The notes: generated by a model from the sequence alone, not told the origin. Counted from the first letter of the stretch, positions 13,998 to 28,270 are shown. The stretch is DNA of 64,000 nucleotides from Octopus vulgaris (GCA_951406725.2 OX597821.1:92504001-92568000); one strand, 5' to 3'. Translations and numbers: made by a program.

Positions 13998-14420
13998 TGG
14001 TGTGTGTGAGTGTGTGTGTGTGGAAAGGACCCAATAGGCTTACATATACATATATGTATGAACGTGTGCAATTACTAGAAGAAACAACCTTTAACGCTCC
14101 AGATTAAAGTACCACTTCACCAAAGAAAGCAAACAGAATGAGACAAAAGAAAAGAAAGATAAAAAAAAAGAAAGGTAGAAAAGTTACTTGTTGTCTAAAC
14201 TGCACTTTCTACTACCTCTCGTATTTATGCGCATGGCTGTGTGTGTGTGGTTCGTGAGAATTGGCGACACATAAGTATGTTAATAAAAGCATTTGTACAT
14301 ATAAATCACGTATCAGAGATAGCTTGTATGTTTATACATATAGATGTGTGTGCCTTTGTGCATGAGCGTGTGTATGAACGGATGAATGGATGAACACAGC
14401 TATATAGACAAACAGACAGA

Positions 14421-14467
<47 letters not shown>

Positions 14468-15177
14468 TATATATATATATATACAGAAGTTTGAAAACGT
14501 CACTATATAAGATGAATTTTTATTTTCAAAGTTAAGTGTAAAAAAATAGTTCGTAATTGTTTCTTACTAGTCACAACAGAGTCCACGTGGTGGTTTTTGT
14601 TGGGGAGAGCATAATAGCTGCCTTGTGTGTTGACTAAAGTTGGGGAATATATATATATATATATACATATACACACACATATATACGTTCAAACGTACGC
14701 TAATGCACACGCACACATGTATTTGAATGGGGAGACGTATCTGTGTTTATACATGTACATGTGAAAAGGAGAGGAGAAGAATACATACATGCATACATGC
14801 ATACATTTGGAAGTACAAACATAAGAAACAGTACTCAATAGGCAAAGGTAGAGCAAATATTCTTCTTCTGTTTCTCTGTTAAGTTTAGTAAATGACTCAA
14901 GAATCTAGAGCTTCGTATAGTACACTTTTCAAAGTAATGTATAAATTATTAACTTTATTTTTATGCACAAGAATATATAAATCTTTCTTGACAATTTTAT
15001 CAAGATACATTAACAAGCAGCTTTTACAAAATATGCTAGTTAAATAAAAAATATGACTAAATAAAATAAAGTACAATATAGATTGCATACACACACACAT
15101 TATATAGATAGATAGATAGATATAGATATACATATAGATATATCCATGCTAGCATGGAAGGCGGACGTCAAACGATG

Positions 15178-15216
<39 letters not shown>

Positions 15217-15240
15217 TATATATATATATTTATATATATA

Positions 15241-15497
15241 GGGAGAGTTTACGAAAAAAACAAAAGAAGAAGACAGGTGGTGTACAAAACAAACTGATGT
15301 ATTAGTATAACGCTCAGGAATAGAAAAAGTCTTTTACGTTTCGAACCTATGCTCTTCTACAGAAAGGGACACAGAAAAAACAAGGAGAGAAAAAATGTGT
15401 GTAGTGGCTAACGATCTATCATGGCGACTAGTGCCGGACAGAAGGGTCAAACACAGGAAGGAAAGTAAGGGATATAACAAGGTAAAGATGACCCCCA
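15241..15497 (-). mobile_element. Family H1 copy with HHR-like motif at 15331-15366
   Basis: Minus strand: cttt-CTGTAGA-a-gagc[atag]gttc-GAAAC-GTA-aaag; stem II is retained through a G-U pair. Confidence 0.75.
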
Positions 15498-15578
<81 letters not shown>

Positions 15579-15779
15579 CACATATACGCACACATATATA
15601 TGTCCCAACGTACACTAATGCACACGCACACATGTACATGAATGGGGAGACGTATCTGTGTGTGTGTACATGTGAAGAGGAGAGGAGAAGAATAGGGAAG
15701 AGAAAACCAGAAAGGATGAAGAACAAGTGAGGGAGAGAAATAGACAGAGAAAACAAAGTAAAGGTAGAAGAGTGCGCAT

Positions 15780-16290
15780 TGTAATAATTCTTCTCCTCTC
15801 CTCTTCACCGTTCCCTCTCTCTCACTCCTCCTCCTCGACTCTCTCGTCGCTGACACGTGACGAAAGATAATCTGTCTTTCTACACACAACCTTCGAAAAG
15901 AAAGGACGAGCTTATACTGTCTCCTTCATAAGCTCGTCGTCCTCGCGTTCAGAATATTTTTTTCTATCGTCTCGGCTTAACAACCCTTACCGTTTGTTTT
16001 TACTCTTTTGTTCTCACTGTCCTGTTCTTGTTAACAATTTCACCCCCCGCAAAAAATTCCAAATTTTATTTAATTTGCTTTGCGGGAAGGATTGTTTCAT
16101 CGAAGTCGCGTCTTGTCCTTGCCTTCGGAACATGGAGTAGATGAAACAGGGACAACTGAAGAAGGGGAATATCCTTTTTGTTTTTTCTCGTTGTTCGAAA
16201 AAAGTTCGTTTCTATGTTTTTGTTTTTATGTTTTCGTTTCTCATTTTATTCAACGTTTTTTGTTGTTGTTGTCCTGTACCCATATATTCA
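15780..16290 (+). mobile_element. Non-coding repeat-like element (family P2) carrying a permuted hammerhead-like motif at 16086-16162
   Basis: Pyrimidine tract, CACGTGAC (15854-61), hairpin 16046-16086, then the A/C/III/I pairings described under findings; same module order as the 32424-33462 element. Confidence 0.55.
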
Positions 16291-16361
16291 TGTGTATATA
16301 TACATATATATGTAGGTATGTACATATTTGTATGTATATATGCATATATTCAAATATTATT

Positions 16362-16422
<61 letters not shown>

Positions 16423-16638
16423 TATATGCATGAATGTATGTATGTATTATGTATTAGTGTTTAATTTCATGTGAAGTCATATAAAAACAATTTAACCTTA
16501 AACTAAGGGTGTACTCAATGCTATTCAACTACAATATATATATCATTTGCATATAGAAAAGGTTTTGACACATGCAGTCATACATGCACATATGCATGTA
16601 TATACACACATATACGTATGCATACATATACACACACC

Positions 16639-16692
<54 letters not shown>

Positions 16693-17289
16693 TACATACA
16701 CACACACACACACGCACACACATATATATATATATATACATATAGCCATACATATATTTATATTTGTACATAGACAAATCCCTATTTCGGTATCAGTACG
16801 GTGTTTTCCAATGTATTATATGATGTAATGGTTTGCTCCATAAATAAGCATGCGAAGTAGTTCATTATATAGCAGATAACCGAATCTTGGATACATTTCT
16901 AACAGATAATTAGCGTGACGTAGTGTATGACAAGGCTCACCCACTGAGTCACTTATTTGATCGGTTACCAAACATTTTTTCTGTTCACTGCTTCATAATT
17001 ACCACATTCACAAAACTATAGTCGACTTCAGTCTATATAGCAAAAGACATTTATACAAAATGTCATGCAGCTGGCTAGATCGGACGTCAGACGATGGCGA
17101 TGTGGAGCAAAGTTCTGATCCACTCGGTCACGCGTACTTATAAAGAAACTTAAATAACTCACGCATAGTCGTATGCACAAATCCAACACTCATCCATATA
17201 GATAGATAGATAGATAGATACATAATACATACATACATACATACATACATACATACATACATACATACATACATACATACATAAATACA

Positions 17290-17705
17290 TAGGCGCAGGA
17301 GTGGCTGTGTTGTAAGTAGCTTGTTTACCAACCACATGGTTCCGGGTTCAGTCCCACAGCGTGGCATCTTGGGCAAGTGTCTTCTACTATAGCCTCGGTC
17401 CGACCAAAGCCTTGTGAGTGGATTTGGTAGACGGAAACTGAAAGAAGCCCGTCGTATATATGTATATATATATATATATATACGTGTGTGTGTTTGTGTG
17501 AGTGTGTTTGTCCCCCTAGCATTGCTTGACAACCGATGCTGGTGTGTTTATGTCCCCGTTACTTAGCGGTTCGGCAAAAGAGACCGATAGAATAAGTACT
17601 GGGCTTACAAAAGAATAAGTCCCGGGGTCGAGTTGCTCGATTAAAGGCGGTGCTCCTGCATGGTCGCAGTCAAATGACTGAAAAAAGTAAAAGAGTAAAA
17701 GAGAT
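17290..17705 (+). mobile_element. SINE family B, full length
   Basis: Complete head AGGCGCAGGAGTGGCTGTG through the GTAAAAGA tail. Confidence 0.9.
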
Positions 17706-17973
17706 ACATATATATATATATATATATATATGCACATACATACATATGTATGTATGCATGCATGTGTATGTATGTTCATATATACTTGTCTACATACACT
17801 CATAGAAACATACGTTGGCACCATCAATATCAGATGCGCAGGGATTGCGCATTCGATACATATATGTGCCTGATTTACAGAAGCATTTTCTTATACAAAT
17901 ATGTAAAACCATGGTTTAACACAGAAATCATAACAAAGATTTGAAATCATAATTTGAAACAGAAATCATAATA

Positions 17974-18160
17974 AAGGCGACGAGCTAGCAGAAACGATAG
18001 TACGCCAGTGAAATGCTTAGCAGTATTTCGTCTGTCATTACGTTCTGAGTTCAAATTCCGCCGAGATCGACATTGCCTTTCATCATTTCGGGGTCAATAA
18101 ATTAAGTAGCAGTTATGCACTGGGTCGATGTAATCGACTTAATCTGTTTGTCTGTCCTTG
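17974..18160 (+). mobile_element. SINE family C
   Basis: Matches 50879-51114. Confidence 0.8.
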
Positions 18161-18702
18161 AGATATATTCATCTTTAAATTTTTCCAAATATGCTTTGAG
18201 AGTGTAGGTGTTCATCTATTTTTATGTCGGAATGAATAAGGGCGTTGGTTGTATCTAAATTTAAGTGTTGCTGTGTAGCCTATATAAGATTTTTACTATC
18301 ACTGATAGTGGCAGTGGCTTTAGATCTGTAGAGTATAAGTTAAATTGAGTGAACTTTCATTTACGTTTGTCATGTAAGCTATCTCACCAAACTATGATTG
18401 AAAAGTTATTTTTCTGGGGAGGAATATTAGTCGGCGGCAAAGTAATATTATAAATTAAATCAAGTATGATCATATTAACGTTAACTATTAGATTTTTAAA
18501 AGCCATTCTCAGATGCAGCAGAACAATTACATTTATATTCTTTTCAAGGAATACAGGTAGTTCGAAAAGTTAGGTATTTTACTAGCATGCAGAAAATTGA
18601 ACACCTGAATATTCATCGTTGATATCGACGGAAGAATTTCTTTCTGTGTGTCTGCGCACGCACACAGATATGCATGTAGATTCCTCTGCATACATATATT
18701 CG

Positions 18703-18810
<108 letters not shown>

Positions 18811-19127
18811 CACATATATATACATGTATACACATACCTACATATATATATATACATACATATATATACATAATACATATATATATACATATATATACCT
18901 ACATATATATATATAAATACATGCACCAAATGGCAGTTGCTAAAAAGCATTCGTGAGGTAAAATCATGTAGCAAACCAAATGGCGGTGCCCCAGCATGGC
19001 CACAGCTCATTAGCTGAAACTGGAAAAATCAAAATCAAAATCATATACATATATATATATATATATACATACATTCATGTATACATATACATACATATAT
19101 ATATACATATGTAAATATATATATATG

Positions 19128-19370
19128 TGGAGGCGCAATGGCCCAGTGGTTAGGGCAGCGGACTTGCGGTCGGAGGATCGCGGTTTCGATTCCCAGACCG
19201 GGCGTTGTGTGTGTTTATTGAGCGAAAACACCTAAAAGCTCCACGAGGCTCCGGCAGGGGATGGTGGTGATCCCTGCTGTACTCTTTCACCACTCTAAAA
19301 GGCGGTGCTCCAGCATGGCCGCAGTCAAATGACTGAAACAAGTACAAAAAAAAAAAAAAAAAAAAAAAAA
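19128..19370 (+). mobile_element. Chimeric SINE: family A head and body joined to family B tail plus poly(A)
   Basis: Family A sequence to ~19293, then AAAGGCGGTGCTCCAGCATGGCCGCAGTCAAATGACTGAAACAAGT and an A-run. Confidence 0.75.
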
Positions 19371-19775
19371 TGCACGCACGCGTGTGTGTTTAGGCATGCG
19401 CACATTTATTTGTATAGACGTGTGCGTATCTATTTACGTCGGTGCTTATATAAATATCTGCTTATGTATGTGAAGGCGCATTATATGATCTTCGTGGCCT
19501 TGGTTTGTTTAGAATTTGACTGGCTTTGCTTCCTTTGGCTTTGTAATTAATATCAAATGCTTATGTACATGCATACTTGTCCATTTATAGCAATGTGTAT
19601 GGTTATATGTATGTTATGCAGGTGTGTTTATATGCACGTATATGCGCAGGTATGTATATGGAAGCATATATTTGGTTACATATTTACGTATTTGTGATTG
19701 TGCGCATGTGCATGTATAGATACATACATACATATATTTATATGTGTTAGTGTATGTATATATATATATATGCGC

Positions 19776-19807
<32 letters not shown>

Positions 19808-20344
19808 GTGTGTGTGTATCTAGGCACTGCAGATGTACTTTCGCATATATTGTTTGTACGTACGTATGTACCTGTGTGCGAATTTACATTTATATCTACC
19901 TGTGTCCTTATGAGGTTCAATTAATCTTTAGCCCGACTTAACACTCCCACACAGTCCTTGAGTGCATTGAACAGGTATTTGGGTTATAGGTCTCTGCTTT
20001 GATCATAACTTCTCTTCCTCCCACCAATCTGAGGAGGCTCTAGAGAAGTACGGAGACTTGTGGGCTGCTCTTCCCTCTGCTTACACTGTAAATAAAATCT
20101 CTTTTATGTTCTTTGAAGTTTTATATTTTGTCATGTCCCTCATGTCTCTCTGTTCATGAACGATATATATATATAACGGGTATTGTTGTTGAGCCTCCAG
20201 CTCAGCACTGGACGACGATTCTCTATAATCAAAGGCATTCCATTTGTGATCATTTCATCACTGTTTCAATTTTCAATTATAGCGTATTTCTGAACAACAT
20301 TATTCAATATAATATTATTCAGTATATTCAGTGATCTCAATTAT

Positions 20345-21135
20345 GGCACAAGGCCAGCAGTTTCGACCCCAGTGCTCAACTGGTACTTGATTTATCGAAC
20401 CCGAAAGGAAGTAAGGTAAAGACGACCTCGGTGGAATTTGAACTCACGACGTAAAGATAGTCGAAATGCTGCAAGGCCTTTTACCGGTGTGGTAACGATT
20501 CTGCCAGGTCCCCGCCTTATTCAATGTATAATATTGCTTTCAACTTTCGAACAATTTCGGAGTGGAGAGTAAGTCGATTACATCGACCTCAGGGCTTAAT
20601 TGCTATTTATTTTATCGACCCGAAGTTAAAGATCGGCGGAATTTGAACTCAAAAGGTAAGGACGGATGACATGCCGCTAAGCATTTTGCCAGGTGTGGTA
20701 ACGATTCTGCCAGCTCACCGCTTTTATTCAATGAATGATATTAAAGCGCTAAGAAGGCGGCGAGATGGCAGAAGTGTTAGCACACCGGACGAAATGCTTA
20801 GCGGTATCTCGTCTGCCGCTACGTTCTGAGTTCAAATTCCACCGAGGTCGATTTTGCCGTTCATCCTTTCGGGGTCGATTAAATAAGTAGCAGTTACGCA
20901 CTGGGGTCGATATAATCGACTTAATCCGTTTGTTTGTGTTTAGGCCCTTGTGGGTAGTGATGAAATAGGTATTTCGTCTGTCTTTACGTTTTGAGTTCAA
21001 ATTCCGCCGAGGTCGACTTTGCTTTTCATCCTTTTAAGGTCGATAAATTAAGTACCAGTTGCGTACTAGGGTCTATCTAATCGACTGACCCCCTCCCCCA
21101 AAATGTTGGGCCTTGTGCCTAGAGCAGAAAAGAAT
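20345..21135. mobile_element. Cluster of family C SINEs (two on minus, then a tandem pair on plus)
   Basis: Repeated GGAATTTGAACTC and GAGTTCAAATTCC cores. Confidence 0.8.
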
Positions 21136-21850
21136 ATTAAAACGATAAGGTATGATTCATGAAGGTACGAAGCCTATTGGTTCAGTATCGATTCTCAGAC
21201 CAGGTGGCGGATTATGTTCTTGAGCAAGCCACTTCATTTCATGTTGCTTTTGTACACCCAGCTGAAAAGGAGTATCAGTACAAGATTGACGTCCTGTTCA
21301 AACAGATTGACGTCCTGTTCAGTCGGGAATTTTAGACACCTGTATGTTTAAGGCTGAGTTCAGTAAAGAAATTATCTAAAGATTTGTCTACTATTTCTAG
21401 CAAGTTGAGTGACTTGTGTAGAGGCTATGACATTGGTTGGCGAAACAATTTGTAACGTAACGTAATCTATGTAGACGTGGTGTGTGACTCGGTCATTCAT
21501 GAAGAGAGAATGTTTTTAAACATTCCTAATTAAATATTTTAAATCAGTTGTGTTTACATGAACAATTAGATGTCTTTATATGAACAAGTAATTATGCAAA
21601 GTATACACAATATTTGCTTCGCAACATTTTACCAACAAATTGTTTTATTAGTTTTAATTTTCTTATATATTTTCGCAATGTAAATTAAGCTACGAAAAAA
21701 AAAAAAGTACACATCTAAATATAATGGTGAAATATTCTCACAAATTGTACCAAATTATGTTAAGAAATAATTTAGAATTTCTAGAAATTTGTTTTGTTTC
21801 CAAATTTTGCTTCAGTAGAATTTGGATATGTGTGTGCGTTTGTGCGCCTC

Positions 21851-21936
<86 letters not shown>

Positions 21937-22458
21937 TGTGTTTGTATGTGTGTGCTTTTATGCCTGTGTGATATAATGGTTTAATGGAACTGTAAAAGAA
22001 ACACATTTACATCTAATCATACAAACTTAATATTCGTATGATTGGATGTATGTTTGTGTAGAAGTGTTTGATTTTTATCATGAAGCAACATCCATAGATA
22101 TTCTATTATATATGGATGCACATAAGTCTGTGTTTCCCGCGATGTGCTTGTGTGTGTCACCATTATCATCATTGTCATCATCGGTTTACGAACTTGCATA
22201 GGTGAGACAAAATTTGTTTTTACTATGAACCGGATACCTTTCCTGTCGCCAACTCACACCTGTTTCCAAGTAAGATCATTACCCCTCCTTTCAATGACTA
22301 GATATAATTTGGCAAATAATTTTTAGCAAGCGGCACCGTTTAAAAGATGGTGGCCTGTTTAAAATTAGCGCGCACAAAACAAATAGAGAGTACAGAAACA
22401 CATACACGGTACTCATACACACACGCATATATACACGCGCATACACATACATACACAC

Positions 22459-22497
<39 letters not shown>

Positions 22498-22571
22498 GCA
22501 ATAAAGGGTTTGGCAACGAATTGCCTTACCACATACCGAATTTAGAAATAGCAATATATATATATATATAT

Positions 22572-22961
22572 ATATTATATTATATTAAATTAGAGACAAA
22601 ACCACTATTATGCAAATCAAACAAAGAAAGACTTAAGCCAATACATAAAATAATTTATATAAATTTAGAAATTTAACAATTATAAATAACACGCCAAGAA
22701 GGTTTTGAAACCACCTGAAGAATGTCTCAAAGATGTGCTGAAATAAGACATGAAACGATCGTAGTGGTTATTTATAATTGTTAAATTTTTAAATTTATAT
22801 AAATTATTTTATGTATTGGCTTAATTCTTTCTTTGTTTGATTTGCATAATAGTGGTTTTGTCTCTAATTTAATATAATATATTTTACTATAAAATTGGAT
22901 TCAATCCTAAATCTGATTTTTCCCTGTAAATTTGGATTTATTCCCTAATATTTATTATTAA

Positions 22962-22965
<4 letters not shown>
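22572..22965 (+). mobile_element. Fold-back PLE-like element in (TA)n: ~118-bp inverted arms, with the HHR at the start of the long arm
   Basis: 22572-22691 is nearly the reverse complement of 22766-22882; flanked by TA repeats. Confidence 0.85.
22709..22769 (+). ncRNA. Canonical type I hammerhead ribozyme
   Basis: aaccac-CTGAAGA-atgtct[18 nt]agacat-GAAAC-gatc-GTA-gtggtt: 6-bp stem I, 6-bp stem II, palindromic stem III ACGATCGT, intact core. Confidence 0.9.
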
Positions 22966-23029
<64 letters not shown>

Positions 23030-23062
23030 GTGGAGGCGCAATGGCACAGTGGTTAGGGCAGT

Positions 23063-24440
23063 TAATTGGAAGCTTCTAGAACGTATGAGAATTTTTGAGA
23101 AGGTCGAGGGAGATTAATTTTGTTAGATCCCTTTTTCATTTTGCTTTCCTGCTTGATCGCCAGGGGCCACTACGTAAGTATATTACGTGCCTACTAAAAA
23201 GTGAGAGCAACAACCACTTTAGAGTAGAGGAAGAATTCCTGAGTAGGTACTCTGTGTGTATAGCTGTCTCACTTGATCCAAAGGAAACTGAATCGACTCA
23301 TCTAAATGGAAGTCTGAAGGAGAAGCACTCTTCATAACAGCAATAAGCAATTCATGGGTACATATTCCGCAATAAGGAAACAGGAGAACAAAGACGCCAC
23401 CCTTGTGATAGAAAATGTTGGGTATTCTATAGAAGTGCAGAGGATATCGCCCACATCATCGGTGGCAGTTCCAAAATGTCTACGAAATACTTCCTACCCT
23501 TGAGATATTATGTATTTGTAATAACTATTGACAATATTATCCGCAGGAAGAATTGCCCTAACGAGTACATCAAAGACATTTTAGAACCAGAAAGCCTTTC
23601 CACCTTTAAAAAATAAGGCATATTCGTGAAATATTCCAATAAAAAAACAGGCCTAACATTGATCTGTGGGACAGAGAACAAGATCATGGACACTTGTATG
23701 GCTCAGCTATCCAACGGATGTAAATGTACCATCACAAATTCACGTAAAAGAGATCGTACATGTTGAACTAATGCGGAAATTACAGCTCTTGTCCCCAGGC
23801 TATAAATTTTCATCTGTACCCGTCATCATAGATGTGTAGTATGTGAAGTCGGCACACTGGTTGGGTGCCTCACATTTCCTTACATTGTTGTAGAAAGGAA
23901 AAATAGCGGGAACAAGAATCTCCAAACAAATAACAATAATAATTTATTTTCGCCGAAATAAGTATTTCATCTCTGGACATCGGTAGCCTGGACGCCGGGT
24001 GGGGGGTGGGGGCGGGCACAGCAGAGTTGGTTTAAATCACAATTGTTGAGGGCAGTCTTCACAGCTCGCCAAGTCGTATTCGCCTTCACACGGAGCTTGT
24101 CTGGTTGTGTCTGGTTATGTCGGCAGCAGGAAGCAAAAAAGGGATGATAGCGGTAAAACCTAGCTGCTGCTGATGACTGTGCATGCGTATAAGGGACTTC
24201 CAGCAGGCCTTCCGGAAGACTAATCCTTGCGCAAGCGCAGATGAAAATCCCAAAATGGCGTCTGGAACCTGGCGTCACTACAGACGCATTAGGTTATGTA
24301 ACTACAAATTTGCAAAAAAAAAAGTAACACTAGAACTTTCCAAGAAAGAGCCAAAGAAACTGGCGCAGTTCTCCCAAATCCAGTCTACTAATGACACAGT
24401 AACAATTAGTAAGACATTCCAAAGACTCTCCATTCGAGAT
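23063..24440 (+). mobile_element. Degenerate R4/Dong-type (RLE) LINE 3' part, split by a solo LTR
   Basis: CDRKCWVFYRSAEDIAHIIGGSSKMSTKYFLPLRY (decayed CCHC knuckle); VPVIIDALGYVT is rejoined across the LTR; QIQSTNDTVTISKTFQ C-terminus. Confidence 0.75.
23835..24282 (-). mobile_element. Solo LTR, 448 bp (Gypsy-like termini)
   Basis: Termini TGTAGT...ACTACA; 4-bp TSD GATG/GACG (CpG decay); removing it restores the host LINE frame; AATAAA on minus at ~23944-49. Confidence 0.85.
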
Positions 24441-25299
24441 TCTTTAAATGATTATATGCACACATTTAGTTGTGTATTAATCTTCAAGGAAATACACGTG
24501 AAAAAAGTAATAAAGCACACACACACACATGCACAAACACCTAAGCACTAAAGAAAAATGTTTACACAGACCAATTTATGCTGGCACATCTACAGATATG
24601 CACAGGTCAACTCAACCACATGCTTACAATCCCCTGGAACTCTTTTAACTCAAAAAGTTTTGTCGCTTTGTTCTCAATCAGTTTCGACACCATTAAGTAG
24701 AACTTAGATATATTTCATAGCAAAACATACATACACCTTTCTTTGCTCAGAAAATGGCTGTCGTAGATAACAATCAATATTGTGGTTCCCCTGATGCTAG
24801 TCAAAAACTGACATTGAGACCGATAAGAATGTAAACAAACTGACACCACCAACTCCACCCTCACTCTGTCGGATCAGTATTTTCGTATACTCACCTGACA
24901 TAACGACTGAAGAATATATGTAACTGAAAAGCATTTTACAACCACAGTGTGAAAAGAATTTATCAGCTTCCTCAATCTATCATTATGTAACAAGTCATTT
25001 TTGGCGAGAATGGGGAGAAAATCAACCCCTCTCAAGATAAATTTTATTGCTTGTATCACTGGAGACTTTTTTTTTTACAAAAAAAAAAAAAAAACGCGAA
25101 AACCTGTGCTGGAATATCGATACCTGTCAGTATCCTGTTACTGTTACTCTGAAGAAATGTCTGAGAGATATGTGTTAAGCAATCCGTCATAAGCAACCCC
25201 GGTGAGTAAGATATCGCAAAAAAAAAAAAAATTACAAAGAATTTATACTGTAGAATACTGTAGTTAAATGCCATTATAAAGTGTAAAGCGAATGAAAAT

Positions 25300-27627
25300 T
25301 TTACAACAGAGCGACCATAGCTTCTGAGAAAACTAATAAAATGTCGCAGAACGCTACTGAAAATCTTGAGGAAATATTGATAACTTTGAACCACAAACTC
25401 CTGATTCAGAGTGGAAAACTACGTTACCGAAAGGAACTCTTTACTAAGAATCTCTTCACCTGTATACAGAAGGAAAAGGAGGGAGGTATTGTGATAAAAA
25501 GGATCTCTTTCCAGAAAGATGTGAGATCACTTTGGTGTACGATCTGTAAGGAAAGCAAGGATTTTATTCGTAATGCAACATGACTAAACACGATAAATCA
25601 AGAATACTTCACCAACTATCGAAATTAAAGCTATCACTAATGTTGTGGAAAAGCTACATAAAGGCCGAGCACCTAGAAGAAACTTCGTATTTGGCTATTG
25701 GCACAAGACATTGACTTTTTATACTGAACTGGCTTCCCATAGCACGAGCAAACCTTTGTTCCCAAGAAGTAAACGTACGAATTATAGGCGGGCTGCCTGA
25801 AATAATTCCTCCAAAATCATTGGATGGTTTAAAGATATAATTAGGGGCGTTCAACTAAGTGGAAAGAATGGAATATGAGAGTGCATTGATCAACTTCTGG
25901 TAACTAAAGCTGTAGTGTGTAGTGTAAGAAAACATCACAGAATGTTAGTGACAGAATGGTTTCATTAAAGAAAGGCATTCAACTCAATTTCCCTCACATA
26001 GCAACTGAAGCGACCAGTGTTGCCTAAGTACCTGCTGTCTTAGTTGTTGACATCGAAAAACTCATGAAGATCTGATCACAGGCCTTACACTTGTAATTGC
26101 AAATTGAGCAACTGTCTCTGATGTTATAAATGGTTCAAAAGAAATATTCCCAAGCAACAGTCTAGCTATACTTCTGTTTATTATGGATCAAAATCCACTG
26201 TAATTGCTTCTACGAAAATTAGCTGGCTCTGAGACTTTAATATTATTCCTAATTTCTTCATGGATGATCTAACGGTCGATTTATACCTGAAATGTTTACA
26301 ATACCGCAAAACAGGCAGAATTGAACACAACTTTTCCCGCTGATACTGGAATAGAGTTTGACCAAAAGAAATGTTTGTTGTTAATAAATAAACGCCAGAA
26401 AACTGTTCTCCATATCCAAAATTTCGCATCACTGGTTTCTATGTCTCCCCTCTTCTACAAAACGAGTGCTACAAATATATCATATAAAGTTACTATGCAC
26501 AAAGAATAACCAAGGAATATTGCGTCAGACTTAAAAACGATATGATATTCAGAACTCTCCTCTTATAACATGATAATGTCCAATAATACATTTTCGGTAT
26601 CTATATTGATACCAACATTTGGGATACTTGATTGGTGTATAGAAGAAGCCCGCTCTATAGACATTCAAGATTCTGACACTAGCCGCAAATTTCGTAGAAA
26701 CAGCGATATTGGTTTCAAACCAGTATCAATTTCTCAAAGGAAAAGAGAGAGAAAGAGGCTTAAGATCAGTAAACAGACTTCTAGTATGATATCACTCAGA
26801 TATCATCTGTTTAACAACAGCAGCGAAAATAAATAGATCATGCAAGGATTCAAAAATGAAGTGAATAAGCACCATACAGGCTGGTGAGCTCCACAAGACA
26901 TCCATTTCCTGATGACCGCATGTGTGAATCCAGAAGTGCATGGCTCACATACCTCGACAAAGAACTAGAAGGGAAACACTCTACATACCAAAAATGTTGG
27001 TTCTGCGTGCGTAGGTTTCCCATAAACTTGAAGAGGGTCATAATGTTACTATGAAGTGTAACCTTACTTGGACACACGGCTACTACATCATATCACATCC
27101 GAAAACTACGCTTTTGCAAGCCAAGATTAGAAGATTGCGAGAAAATATATCATGAACAAACGGGACAGCGAAGCCCTTAAAATCACAGGATGCAACAGTA
27201 AAAGTCGATTATATCTTCATTCTGTGGAGGACATTACTCTTAATTAGCAACCGATTAAAGATGTCATTGAGGTACTAATTCCCAGTGCGACGTGATGTTG
27301 TTGGCAAATCAATATACAATGTCGTCCGGAGAAAATAAGACCGCTCTGAGATAAATATAAACAATGACTCTGTTATGGAATGCACTCATAAATTTTTGCT
27401 CAAGGAATATTTGTGGAACATTCCCATCAAAATGTCTATCAAGTGGATGTGTAGTAAGTATAGGCGTAGAAGTGGATGTGTGGTAAGTAGCTTGCTTACC
27501 AGCCACATGGTTCCGGGTTCAGTCTCACTGCGTGGCAATTTGGGCAAGTGTCTTCTACTATAGCCTCGGGCCGACCAAAGCTTTGTGAGTGGATTTGGTA
27601 GAAGGAAATTGAAAAAAACCCGTTGTA

Positions 27628-27714
<87 letters not shown>

Positions 27715-28270
27715 GTATATATATGTATGTATGTATGTGTGTGTATATGTTTGTGTGTCTGTGTTTGTCCCCCACCCCATCATCGCTTGACAACCGATGC
27801 TGGTGTGTTTACATCCCTGTAACCTAGCGGTTCGGCAAAAGAGACCGATAGAATAAGTACTAGGCTTACAAAGAATAAGTCCTGGGGTCGATTTGCTCGA
27901 CTAAAGGTAGTGCTCCAGCATGGCCACAGTCAAATGACTGAAACAAGTAAAAGAGTAAAAGAGTATAACAGACCAAGCAATTATATGGGAGAGAAAAGAA
28001 AAGTCGCGGACATTCATAGATCTTAACCGCTCTGCAGACGTGAACGTCTCTTCCAAAATCAACGAGATCTATAAAGAGCTGTTTTGAAACCAGCAGCTCT
28101 GCTTTCTTGGTTATAAATTTACATTGATCCCAATATTCGTTGATACACTTATCTGTGTTAGTGAATGTCTAAATAAATCTGAAAAAAAGACTAGGATTTT
28201 CAAGCAAAGAAAGAGAACAACAAACACGTACTTTACCGAAACTATCCCTAAAAGACTGAAACAGCAAAAA
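25300..28270 (+). mobile_element. Heavily degenerate R4/Dong-type LINE (RT to RLE), interrupted by a SINE
   Basis: IFPSNSLAILLFIMDQNPL (~GIFQGDSLS), NFFMDDL (~YxDD), TGIEFDQKKC and NNTFSVSILIPTFGILDWCIEEARSIDI, homologous in pattern to the 42018 element. Confidence 0.7.
27460..27965 (+). mobile_element. SINE family B with expanded internal (TA)n
   Basis: Matches 17290-17705. Confidence 0.85.

Noticed and set aside
20020-20065. cccac…CTGAGGA-ggctc…gtggg, a possible decayed HHR
   Set aside because: No GAAA strand.
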